DNA of 28,226 nt from Candidatus Zhuqueibacterota bacterium. Lineage in GTDB: Bacteria; BS750m-G25. Numbering within the stretch: the first letter of the stretch is position 1; each line of letters opens with the position of its first letter. The stretch spans positions 62,001 to 90,226 of the forward strand of contig JADHWK010000003.1 of NCBI GenBank assembly GCA_016783505.1, written 5' to 3'. The translations under genes were made by a program, and so were the position numbers. This document shows, one piece after another, positions 14,981 through 24,264 of the stretch. A model generated the notes under the pieces. That model saw only the letters and a program-made list of their open reading frames with translations. It made no database searches and had not been told where the DNA came from.

Positions 14981-17851
14981 TTATCTCAAAAGCATCATTT
15001 TTGCAACTTTAGTTGATCCATTGAGGATAAGTTTATAAAAATAGATTCCTGAAGCCAGGTTGTAAGCATCAAAGGTCACCCGATGGGTTCCCGCTTCCTG
15101 AAAACTATCCATTAGTGACCCTACCTCTTCCCCCAAAATATTATAGATCTTCAGACTCACCATCCCTGGGATGGGAAGATCATAGCTAATAATCGTCCGG
15201 GCGTTAAAGGGATTGGGGTAATTTTGAAACAGGGTAAAAGCCTGGGGCAAAATCCGATCTTTCTCCGGACTGAACAAGGTCAGCGAGTCATATCTGGCCT
15301 GGGCGGCCTGGGCGTTGGCCTGAAGGTCGGCCAGGTCATCCCCACCCAGGACTGCGTAGGCCACCGTGACTCCCTCCCTAGGGGCCAAAATATAAGGCCC
15401 GGTGGACAGCACGTGGGACCAGTCATGGGGGGTAGTGCTCTGGGTGACTACGAAACCTTCGGTCATGAACAGATATTTATTGGCATCGGAAAAACCAGGC
15501 CATACGTAGAACTCGTTCCGCACCGCCCGGTAGGAGGTTGGGGAATTGGAAAGCAAGGCGATACCATAAAAATTCGACATTGGGCCATACATGTATCCCA
15601 GACTATTCATTGAGTCGTAATTTGCCGAATTATCGTCATAGACATTGATATCCCAATCCATGTAGAGACCGAAGTAGATGTTGTTCACCTGATCACCGGA
15701 GACGTTTTCCACCACAAATTCCAGCATGACATAATCATCATCCGGGGGATCAGCCCAGGCATATGAGTTCTGGGTGACCTTCAGTCCCATGGGGTTCTCG
15801 GCACCCGTGTCCTGAAAGATTCCGAACCCATCCTGATCGGAGATGGCCATCCCCCCGATGGAAAGTTCCCCACCCTGAAGGGGTTCCCAATCGTATGCGT
15901 TTTGGGCAGCGTTGCCATAGGAGCAGTCCGAGACCTGGTTGGGCCCCGTTCCCGCCCAGAAGGACCCGTGAAACAGGGCGCTGGTAGAGCCGGCAGGATA
16001 CTGGAAGCCGTTTCCCAGGGAGGTGCCCTCTACATAGTCTTCGTAACCGTAAGCACCGAAGTTAGTAATGGTGAAGACCACATTGCCAATGTTGTGATCC
16101 CCATATACGGGAAGGATCATCAAGTTGAAATATTCCTGATTGGTATAAGCTCCCCCATCTGCTTCGATGTCCAGCCGGAAGATTATGTTATGACCCCCGG
16201 GGGCCTCATCGGATACCACAAACACATATGGATTTTGGCTATTGGTGCTATCCTCTCCCGTACCCAGGTCCCCGAAATCCGCCGCGGCCTGGGTGATGGT
16301 GATCAAATCATCTTGAGTGCTGAGGGTGGCCGTTACGCCGAAGGCGGGTTCCAGAAAATTCATTATGGTGACTACTAACTCAATGGTTTCCCCGGGATCA
16401 ATAATACCATCCCCATCCCCCCCGGCCGTATCGTCAAATGAATTCCCCGTGCAGGCGATGCCCGGGACAGAATCGGTCAGAGCCCGGTAGGCGTTGATCC
16501 GGCCCGAACCCAACAGGCCTTCATATCCCGGGTTCAGGGCGTCAATGTCATCGGCGGTGGCCATAATCTGCATGGCTACCTGGTCGGCGTTCCAATAGGG
16601 ATTATGGGCGAACACCAGCCCCCCCAGGCCGGCCACTAAGGGGCAGGCCATAGAGGTGCCGCTTTTGTAGCCGTAACCCCCCACCACGGTGCTGTAGATA
16701 TATGACCCCGGCGCCGATACATCCACCCAGGTACCGAAGTTGGAGAACCCTGATCTATGGTCCTGTTGACTGGTGGAAGCCACCGCCATCACCCCCTCAT
16801 ATGCGGAGGGATAATGAAGGTCGTCCCGACCGTCATTTCCGGCGGCAGCAATGACCAAGCACCCCCGGGCCCGGGCGTCCTGAATGACATCGTTCTCCAA
16901 ATTCGAACCACCGGTTCCCCCCCAGGAAAGTGAGATGATGTTGGCCCCGGAGCGGGCAGCATAATAGATCCCTTCAAACCCATGAATGATCAGCCAGGTG
17001 TTCTGCTGGGAACTCCAGATCCCGGTACGCACCGCCATCAACCGACAGTGCCAGCCCAGCCCGGCTACCCCGATCCCGTTGTCGGTAACTGCCGAGGCAA
17101 TTCCGGCGCAATGAGACCCATGGCTTTCCGAACTGGAATTGGGATTGGGGTCATTATCTTCGTCGGTGAAGTCCCAGCCGTGAAAATCGTCCACCCAGCC
17201 GTTGGAATCGTCGTCTACCCCCGCCGTGCCGTTTAGCTCAACCCAATTAATCCAGATATTACCTTCAAGATCCGGATGATCCAGATCCATTCCCAAGTCC
17301 ACCACGGCGATGACCACCGCGGTATCCCCCTGACTTATTTCCCAAGCGTCCGGGGCCTGAATCTGGGGCAGACCCCATTGGTTGGGGTAATAAGGATCAT
17401 TGGGGATTGTATCCACCTGAGCTGACTTCATAAAGGACCGGGAAAAAATTCTATCCACCGATCGGACATATCGGGGTTCGGCATATTCCAGACTGGGATC
17501 TGACCCGAATTTCTCAACAGCGTTGGCTAAGTCCAGTCCCGGTTTCAGGGTCAACACATACACCCGGTTCAGGCCGAATGGACTGTCCCCCCGGGCCTGG
17601 GGAATGGCACGCTCTACTGTCTTTACATCATTGAGTAGAGCGTCCACGGAGGCTATCCCTACCGACCATTGGTCGCCAATTTTTTGGGGAGTAACCGATT
17701 CCAGAAACTTCACCACTACCCGGTCGGAAACCACCAGGGCCTTATCGGACAATTGGGTTATGGAAAAACCCCCTTCTCCCCGGGATGTCCCAACAAAAAT
17801 CAAAACGGAAAGCATAATCAAAAATAGACAGAAACCCCATTGATTTTTCAT
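14981..17851 (-). CDS. S8 (subtilisin/thermitase-like) serine protease with propeptide, accessory domains and T9SS-type C-terminal domain
   Basis: Catalytic motifs IAVVDLG, HGSHCAG, AAAGND, SGTSMACP. Signal peptide and QNYPNPFN...SGIYFY...KMMLLR tail. Confidence 0.95.
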   Translation of the reverse strand: MKNQWGFCLFLIMLSVLIFVGTSRGEGGFSITQLSDKALVVSDRVVVKFLESVTPQKIGDQWSVGIASVDALLNDVKTVERAIPQARGDSPFGLNRVYVLTLKPGLDLANAVEKFGSDPSLEYAEPRYVRSVDRIFSRSFMKSAQVDTIPNDPYYPNQWGLPQIQAPDAWEISQGDTAVVIAVVDLGMDLDHPDLEGNIWINWVELNGTAGVDDDSNGWVDDFHGWDFTDEDNDPNPNSSSESHGSHCAGIASAVTDNGIGVAGLGWHCRLMAVRTGIWSSQQNTWLIIHGFEGIYYAARSGANIISLSWGGTGGSNLENDVIQDARARGCLVIAAAGNDGRDDLHYPSAYEGVMAVASTSQQDHRSGFSNFGTWVDVSAPGSYIYSTVVGGYGYKSGTSMACPLVAGLGGLVFAHNPYWNADQVAMQIMATADDIDALNPGYEGLLGSGRINAYRALTDSVPGIACTGNSFDDTAGGDGDGIIDPGETIELVVTIMNFLEPAFGVTATLSTQDDLITITQAAADFGDLGTGEDSTNSQNPYVFVVSDEAPGGHNIIFRLDIEADGGAYTNQEYFNLMILPVYGDHNIGNVVFTITNFGAYGYEDYVEGTSLGNGFQYPAGSTSALFHGSFWAGTGPNQVSDCSYGNAAQNAYDWEPLQGGELSIGGMAISDQDGFGIFQDTGAENPMGLKVTQNSYAWADPPDDDYVMLEFVVENVSGDQVNNIYFGLYMDWDINVYDDNSANYDSMNSLGYMYGPMSNFYGIALLSNSPTSYRAVRNEFYVWPGFSDANKYLFMTEGFVVTQSTTPHDWSHVLSTGPYILAPREGVTVAYAVLGGDDLADLQANAQAAQARYDSLTLFSPEKDRILPQAFTLFQNYPNPFNARTIISYDLPIPGMVSLKIYNILGEEVGSLMDSFQEAGTHRVTFDAYNLASGIYFYKLILNGSTKVAKMMLLR

Positions 17852-17878
17852 CTTTTATCTCAGAAATTTTGAGACGGT

Positions 17879-18916
17879 CTAATCCGTTTCCGATAGTTGG
17901 AAACGTAGGATGCGGTCATTGCCCGTATCAGCTACGTACATCGTCTTATCGAAATAAGCCACCCCATTAGGGTGATTGAATTGTCCCTCACCACCAAAAG
18001 ATTCCAGTTCTACCCCATAGGAAGAAAATTTAAAAACCGAATCCTTGGCTGCATCCACAACATAGATATTCCCATGGCCATCTACGGTTATATCCGCCGG
18101 CTGGTCGAATTTATTGAGTTCAAAAATGTCAAATTGTCCTTGTTGGGGGTTTAGTTTGGGATAGAAACCCTCGGATGAAAATGCTATCCACTGAACCTTA
18201 TAAAAATTATAACCCGTCTGGCAAAAGATAAAATCCCAGGAATAGTTGTTAACAGAGGTAATCCCACTGGGTGTAGCGCAAGAAAATATTCCAGTCCCCC
18301 CGGCCCTCAATTCTAAAGGACCCCTGAGATGAATGGTATCTTGACGGGCTTGTTCAAACAATAAGATGGCATTATCGTAGAAGTCGGGACCGTTCAGGGT
18401 TACCAAAAACATATCCTCTATGGTCACCGTAATCCCGGTAAACTGCCACAGGGGCTTATCAACCAGGTAGTCGTAGTTCACCGGATCCACCGTAGGATAA
18501 TCAATAATTTCCGCCGATTCGATTTCATGACCGGCCTCATACATTTTTATCCGATAAAGGTGGTTGTTACCCGAAACCACCCAGACATCCAATTTCCGGT
18601 CCTGGGCGATGTCCACTGGATGGGGAATGTAAGTAGCCCCCTGAAAGTTGCCGAACAAATCCAGCATCACTACCCGGTCATTACCCGTATCTGCCACGTA
18701 GATGAACGGCTCCCGACCGACAAACACATCCTGGGGTCCTGAAAACCCGTAGTCAGCGTGGCCCCATTCGGGAACCAATTGGATGTATTTAGTTTCTCCC
18801 GGTCCCTCCTCTTCCTCGGACGGCGTGACATGAATCATGGGATATTTTTCTCCACATCCATTGATAATCCAGCAGACAACGATAGAATGGAGCAAGATAG
18901 CCCAGATTATTTTCAA
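17879..18916 (-). CDS. NHL-repeat (beta-propeller) lipoprotein
   Basis: Lipobox-like INGC. Repeats FSGPQDV...IYVADTGNDRV, FDQPADITVDGHGNIYVVDA and FNHPNGVA...YVADTGNDRI. Confidence 0.85.
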   Translation of the reverse strand: MKIIWAILLHSIVVCWIINGCGEKYPMIHVTPSEEEEGPGETKYIQLVPEWGHADYGFSGPQDVFVGREPFIYVADTGNDRVVMLDLFGNFQGATYIPHPVDIAQDRKLDVWVVSGNNHLYRIKMYEAGHEIESAEIIDYPTVDPVNYDYLVDKPLWQFTGITVTIEDMFLVTLNGPDFYDNAILLFEQARQDTIHLRGPLELRAGGTGIFSCATPSGITSVNNYSWDFIFCQTGYNFYKVQWIAFSSEGFYPKLNPQQGQFDIFELNKFDQPADITVDGHGNIYVVDAAKDSVFKFSSYGVELESFGGEGQFNHPNGVAYFDKTMYVADTGNDRILRFQLSETD

Positions 18917-18928
18917 TTGCGCACCCCC

Positions 18929-19915
18929 TCAAAATTTAAAACTTAATGAAAAACGGTTCACATTGCCCAAAAGGCCAAACTGGGTGAAGGCATAGTCCAT
19001 TTGTAGGCGGTAGCTAACAATGGGCATAATGAATCCCGCCCCCAGACTAAACGTCTCTTCGTCCACGTTAAACTTATACCCCCCCCGGAGGGCCAATAAC
19101 CGTTGCCACCAATATTCAAAACCGACATGGAGGTTCTCCGATTTGTCGTTAGGATGATTAAGTTGTAAGGCAGTGGTCAACTTTTGCTGGGAGGTTTGAA
19201 GGAGTTCTATGGCAAAGCCGAAACGGAATATGGTGGGGGGGTTAAAGGATTGAAAGCTAGTAACCTCCCGCCCATCCGTAGTGAACAAAGTTCCTTTTGG
19301 GGTCAACTGGGGACCAAAATTAGTAAGACTGACGGCAAATCGGGCGCTGTGAAACCCCGTCCAGTAATACGTGCCCAGATCAATCATAACGCTCTGGATT
19401 GTCAGCTCGGCAAGGGTCTCCTGCATTGCCTTAACCGATCCCCCGAAGCTAAATTGTTCGGTGAACCTCCGAGCAAAGGAGAGTCCTACCAGCAGATCGC
19501 CAAAACTGAAGTATCTTCCCGTTCCAAAGGGTTGCAACTCGGTGGTTTCCTCCATATCGTCCATGTGGAGGGCTATGGCATAAAGGCCAAGGGTGTTCTC
19601 GGCCGACAGATGATGGACGTAACCGATGAATTCGTGCTTGAGACCCACCAGCCACAGATTATGGGAGATGAAAAATTCATTACGGTCAAACTGCACTAAT
19701 CCCGCTGGGTTCCAATAGAGGGCGGTGGCATCATCGGAGACGGCACAGAAGGCCTCGCCCATCCCGGCGGCCCGGCCCCCCACCCCGATCTTCAGGAATT
19801 GAGCCGAGGCCGTCCCCGCCCGCTGACCCCCCAGAACAGGCCAGAGCTGGGAGAAGGCTGATTGGCTATGAGTCAGAAAAAAAAGCAATGCAATAAGGCA
19901 GGTAACTTTTCTCAT
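18929..19915 (-). CDS. PorV/PorQ (UPF0164)-family outer-membrane beta-barrel
   Basis: AQFLKIGVGGRAAGMGEAF...ALYWNPAGL signature, LALRGGY, DYAF, C-terminal Phe. Confidence 0.9.
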   Translation of the reverse strand: MRKVTCLIALLFFLTHSQSAFSQLWPVLGGQRAGTASAQFLKIGVGGRAAGMGEAFCAVSDDATALYWNPAGLVQFDRNEFFISHNLWLVGLKHEFIGYVHHLSAENTLGLYAIALHMDDMEETTELQPFGTGRYFSFGDLLVGLSFARRFTEQFSFGGSVKAMQETLAELTIQSVMIDLGTYYWTGFHSARFAVSLTNFGPQLTPKGTLFTTDGREVTSFQSFNPPTIFRFGFAIELLQTSQQKLTTALQLNHPNDKSENLHVGFEYWWQRLLALRGGYKFNVDEETFSLGAGFIMPIVSYRLQMDYAFTQFGLLGNVNRFSLSFKF

Positions 19916-19927
19916 CCGAAAGCCTGG

Positions 19928-22756
19928 TTAAAATCTGATTGACAACCCGGCTGTAATATGACGCTGGTTCAGGTAACGGGCCGGGTTGAATGGAAATGGT
20001 TTCAAGGGGGCCTGGGTATCCGGGTATAAAGGATCGTTCCAGGACGTCGGGGTGGGATCCCCGTATTCGTATGCGCAACCGGTAACTGGGTTGATCAGAT
20101 TGGCGTTCTTCCGATTAAAAAGGTTTTGGACTTCCAGAAAAAATGTATAATGAAAACCTGAAAAATGAAAATATTTTTCAAAATTTAGGTTAACCCAATT
20201 CCAATATTCCCCCACTTCTCCGTACGGGTCATCAGAGAACCCGTTATGGTCTAAGTCATCATCGTATTCCATCCTACCGTTGGAAAGAATAGTACCCGTG
20301 AAGAAATAAGGGGTATACCGTTTCCCCGCTTGAGCAAAGGCATAAAGGTTTAAATTCCAATCGGCGGGCAGCTTTAGTCCAAAGAGCCGTATCGGGTTTT
20401 GGCGATCCACAAACAGGTTAACATTCAACGAAAACTGCCAGGGGCGATCCCAGATTAAATAATCCTCGGTAATGGGTTTTTCAGGAATATATCCTTTAGC
20501 GACCTGGGCAGCATCTTCTGGGGAGGAACTCTTGCCGGTGGCTATGGAATAGGATGCGTTAAAAGAACCGGTAAAGAAACGCCCGGCTCTCTTTCTATAT
20601 TCTATTTCAACCCCCCTAGCCCGGGAGTAGTCCAGGTTAATGTATGTAGTATAGGGCCGGCCCGCTTGCCGCCCTACCCCTAAAAATCTCACCGTAGTCA
20701 CATAATCAAAAATATCCCGATAATAAGCCGTAATGGTAAAAACATCGTTCTCGGTAAATCTATGTTTCAACCCCATTTCATAAGCTACGGTCGTCTCAGG
20801 ATTCAAATTGGGATTGCCGAACTTCTGATAGTCTGTCTTAGCCGTATTCACCCCCAATTTAGCATAGACAAACTGGGGCTTAGGCCATTTGGAAAAATGA
20901 CCATATGATAGAAACAATACCTGATGGTCGGAGATGGGATGGGAGAGCCCGATGCGAGGGCTCAGGCGTCCTTTCCCCTTACGTCCGAAAAGTTTAAAGG
21001 TATCCTCCTTAAAGGCCCTCCGGGTTGCTTCAGTAATCGTCTCCACCCCTGGATTATTGACCGCATCCTCGACGTATTTTCCCGGAAACCAGTAGTCCAA
21101 TCGTAAGCCCAGATTGGCTATTAATCCCTTATAATTAATTTTATCCTGAAGATATGCGGAGCCAAAATTCGGACAAACCCGATAAATGTCATTATTCAAT
21201 CCATAATCACCAAACCAGGGGGCATAAATGTCAATTAGCTGCATGCTCTGGTAAGTTGCTTCCATTCCCCCCTTCAGGTGGTGTTGATCGCTGACCACAC
21301 TGACTACGTCCCCCTTGACGGAAACAGCTTCCACGTAATGGTCGTGCCATGTCTTGCCGTCCCCGTAGTCGTAGAACCCATCCCCGGGGTATACGTAAAT
21401 ACGGCTGGAATCCGGGTGAAAAAAATAATCCACCGGCTGGGTGACGATGTCCTTTGGCTCCTGGTATTCCGTCCAATGCTTCCCATTCACATCGCTGCGC
21501 AGATTGGTAAAATACCGACTCAGCTTCAGGTCATAGAAGGTCTTGGAACTTAAGGTATGGGTCCAGGATAGGACGGTATGTTCGTTAAAATGGGTAAACG
21601 TATTGAAATTATCCAGGTTCTTCTGGTATTTGTAGGGATACCCGGGACCAGGGGGAACATATTCCAGGTTGGTCTGCAGGGATCGGGTGTTCTGGTTGAT
21701 AGCCACTGAAGTATTATAGGAGAAGCATAATTTGTGGGCAGGATCGATTTTCCATGTCAGTTTTCCCAGCCAGGACCAATTATTATTTTCCCGGGGAGCA
21801 AACCGGGTACCGTGGAAGATTGATGAATACAGTCGCTTAGCGCTGTAATGGGTATAATCATCGGAAATGCCCATGTATCCGTTGGTAAAAAAGGTAACCG
21901 CCCCAGGAAACCTGAAACCTAATATGGGCAACAGGTAGGTGGTAACCGGCTCCGGTCCATCCAGGCTTGTTTCTGCGATGTCGGTATTAAAATTGGATGG
22001 GCTGTCCTCATTCAATCCCCAATGATCGGTCTTATAGGAAATGCGGCCGTGAAACCGTCGTGTTCCCTCCTTGGTACGGACGTTCACCACCCCGGACATA
22101 GCCTGACCATATTCGGCGTTGAACCCCCCGGTAATGACCTCAATCTCTTGAATGGAGCTGGCAGAAAGCTGCAGCCCGAACCCGGTACCCGACAGGGGGT
22201 CTTGAACGGAGAGCCCGTCCAAAAGGTAAGCGTTTTCGTAGGACCTGCCCCCCCGGATATGTATTTCATCATCGGAACGCACCACCCCAGCCTGAATACT
22301 CACAATATCGGCGACGTTCTCCACCACCGCCCGGTCGATCTCCTCTGCGGAAACCCGCCGGGCTGAGGCCGTTTCCTCCACGTCGAACAGAGGTTTCTCC
22401 CCCACGATGACCACCTCCTGACCCAGGGCGAGGACAGTGGGCTGCAACTGTATAGTCAGCTCCGTCGTTCCCCCGGGACGCACCTTAACTCCGGTATGTT
22501 CCACCTCGGTATATCCAAGCATAGTAGCCTTCAGGGTATATACTCCAGGCGACACATTTAAGATCAGAAAATCTCCGTTCAGGTCGGTGGCCGCCCCGTA
22601 ATAGGTCCCCTTAACGACCACGTTAACCACAGGAAGGCCATCGCCCGTATCGTCATCTATAACTCTTCCGACGATATTTCCCTTTGCCTGGGCGAAAATT
22701 TGTTGGGACAAAGGAAAAACTAAAAGGGTAAATAAGACTAGAATATGCCTTTTCAT
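19928..22756 (-). CDS. TonB-dependent receptor with N-terminal carboxypeptidase-regulatory-like domain
   Basis: GNIVGRVID...GAATDLNG, plug HIRGGRS...ITGGFNAEYGQAMSGVVN, SPRIG, GNPNLNPE, NLFN, C-terminal Phe. Confidence 0.93.
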   Translation of the reverse strand: MKRHILVLFTLLVFPLSQQIFAQAKGNIVGRVIDDDTGDGLPVVNVVVKGTYYGAATDLNGDFLILNVSPGVYTLKATMLGYTEVEHTGVKVRPGGTTELTIQLQPTVLALGQEVVIVGEKPLFDVEETASARRVSAEEIDRAVVENVADIVSIQAGVVRSDDEIHIRGGRSYENAYLLDGLSVQDPLSGTGFGLQLSASSIQEIEVITGGFNAEYGQAMSGVVNVRTKEGTRRFHGRISYKTDHWGLNEDSPSNFNTDIAETSLDGPEPVTTYLLPILGFRFPGAVTFFTNGYMGISDDYTHYSAKRLYSSIFHGTRFAPRENNNWSWLGKLTWKIDPAHKLCFSYNTSVAINQNTRSLQTNLEYVPPGPGYPYKYQKNLDNFNTFTHFNEHTVLSWTHTLSSKTFYDLKLSRYFTNLRSDVNGKHWTEYQEPKDIVTQPVDYFFHPDSSRIYVYPGDGFYDYGDGKTWHDHYVEAVSVKGDVVSVVSDQHHLKGGMEATYQSMQLIDIYAPWFGDYGLNNDIYRVCPNFGSAYLQDKINYKGLIANLGLRLDYWFPGKYVEDAVNNPGVETITEATRRAFKEDTFKLFGRKGKGRLSPRIGLSHPISDHQVLFLSYGHFSKWPKPQFVYAKLGVNTAKTDYQKFGNPNLNPETTVAYEMGLKHRFTENDVFTITAYYRDIFDYVTTVRFLGVGRQAGRPYTTYINLDYSRARGVEIEYRKRAGRFFTGSFNASYSIATGKSSSPEDAAQVAKGYIPEKPITEDYLIWDRPWQFSLNVNLFVDRQNPIRLFGLKLPADWNLNLYAFAQAGKRYTPYFFTGTILSNGRMEYDDDLDHNGFSDDPYGEVGEYWNWVNLNFEKYFHFSGFHYTFFLEVQNLFNRKNANLINPVTGCAYEYGDPTPTSWNDPLYPDTQAPLKPFPFNPARYLNQRHITAGLSIRF

Positions 22757-22768
22757 ATCATCTTCTTC

Positions 22769-24184
22769 CTAAGGTTCCCCAAACTCGAGAAAAAATATTT
22801 GGGAAAGAAGGTCATCCACCGTCCCTAAACCGTCTACCTTGTGCAAAGGGACGCTAAAGAAATAAAAGGTGTTGCCGGCATCAATCACCGCCAGGGGCGG
22901 CTGTCCCACCCATCGGGAGCTGGCTTGAAGACGGTAGAGCACCGAGGCACTGGGCTTGGGAATGGCCGAGTAGGGCCAGGGGAAAAAGGTGCCCACCATC
23001 AAGTTGTCAAAGGTATCGGCGTACAGACTGTCGGGCAAAATTACTGCGGGCGGCCAAATGTCCGGTATCCTGTTCCCCATACTATCTACCAGGGTCCCCA
23101 TACTATCCACCGGGGAAAATACGGACAAGTTTCCAAGATTTGTAAAATTTTCCGAAAAGGCGGTGGTGAACAATACTTTGCCCCCCGAAGCTTTAAATTG
23201 GGGTAAACCCCCTTTAGCCAAGCTGAGGTTGGGGTCATCATCGGCATACCACATGATTCTGTCAAAAAGTTTGATTGATTCCGTGAAGTTAAACACAATC
23301 TGTTCTGAATAGGGGAAGTAAGGCAAAAGGTCTGGCCCACCCGTCCCGTCCTCATCCCGCTTAATATCCCAGACCGAATAGTTACCGGGACCAACCAGAC
23401 TATCCAGAAGGGAACGGTAGAACTCCCCGCTTCCATCTTCCGTTTTATAGTCATCAATGATCAGATAGTCACCCTTGGGTTCCCGGACATACCAAACCCC
23501 ATTCGTATCCCGGGGCATGCGGATGAAGGGGCTGGCTGCCCCGGCTAAATCCACCGCACGGACGTAAAATACGTGGGATTGATTGGGCGTAAGGCCATCG
23601 GCTTCGGTAAGGGTTACAAAGGTCGTATCCGGGAGAATATCAACATATAAGGATGGATTAGATGTATCTTCTAAAACATATTGATATTTCTGAATGGTTT
23701 CCTCCCCATCAAAATCATGCCCCTCCCAAAAAAAGGAAGCCACCGTAAAGGTAGTCTCCGGGACATCGCATAGGGGGGGGAATTTAATTTCGGGGAGGGT
23801 GTTATGAACGGGAAAGACCAGTTGAGCCGGGGTGGGGTCGGTCAGCAGATCATCATCCATCGCTTTAATCCGGAAGGTGAACAGAGCGGAATCCCCCAAA
23901 AACCGGAGATGAAATGTGTCGCTGTTCTCAGTCGTCCACACCCATTCTGAATCAATAGCGCCACCCTCCCAGATGTAATAAAATCCCTTTACAAGACCAT
24001 CCTTGTCATCCCCCGACCAATAGATCACCTGTATACTAGACGTAGAGTTCAACGATGAATCAGGATCTAAAAATACATGGGTCTCCGGGGGCTGGTTTTC
24101 ATAAGGAGAATCAGCGATGCGCCTTGAACATCCAAACAAGGCGGTGAAAATAATGGCTAACCAAATCAGGGAAAAACGTCCCAT
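22769..24184 (-). CDS. Lipoprotein of unknown function (two Ig/FN3-like modules plus alpha/beta C-terminal domain)
   Basis: Lipobox LFGC. Repeated NxxPET...W.G.D.DG...F.(I/V)(K/R)A.D modules. Confidence 0.82.
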   Translation of the reverse strand: MGRFSLIWLAIIFTALFGCSRRIADSPYENQPPETHVFLDPDSSLNSTSSIQVIYWSGDDKDGLVKGFYYIWEGGAIDSEWVWTTENSDTFHLRFLGDSALFTFRIKAMDDDLLTDPTPAQLVFPVHNTLPEIKFPPLCDVPETTFTVASFFWEGHDFDGEETIQKYQYVLEDTSNPSLYVDILPDTTFVTLTEADGLTPNQSHVFYVRAVDLAGAASPFIRMPRDTNGVWYVREPKGDYLIIDDYKTEDGSGEFYRSLLDSLVGPGNYSVWDIKRDEDGTGGPDLLPYFPYSEQIVFNFTESIKLFDRIMWYADDDPNLSLAKGGLPQFKASGGKVLFTTAFSENFTNLGNLSVFSPVDSMGTLVDSMGNRIPDIWPPAVILPDSLYADTFDNLMVGTFFPWPYSAIPKPSASVLYRLQASSRWVGQPPLAVIDAGNTFYFFSVPLHKVDGLGTVDDLLSQIFFLEFGEP

Positions 24185-24214
24185 AGACCTATCGGGTTAT
24201 TGACAACTGAAACC

Positions 24215-24239
24215 AGGGAGGGGTCAATGACCCCTCCCT
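24215..24239. terminator. Strong intra-operon hairpin (partial terminator or mRNA stabiliser)
   Basis: AGGGAGGGGTCA-a-TGACCCCTCCCT perfect 12-bp inverted repeat; only a weak U-tract on the minus strand. Confidence 0.6.
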
Positions 24240-24264
24240 TAAGGCTTTGACAGGTGACCACTTT

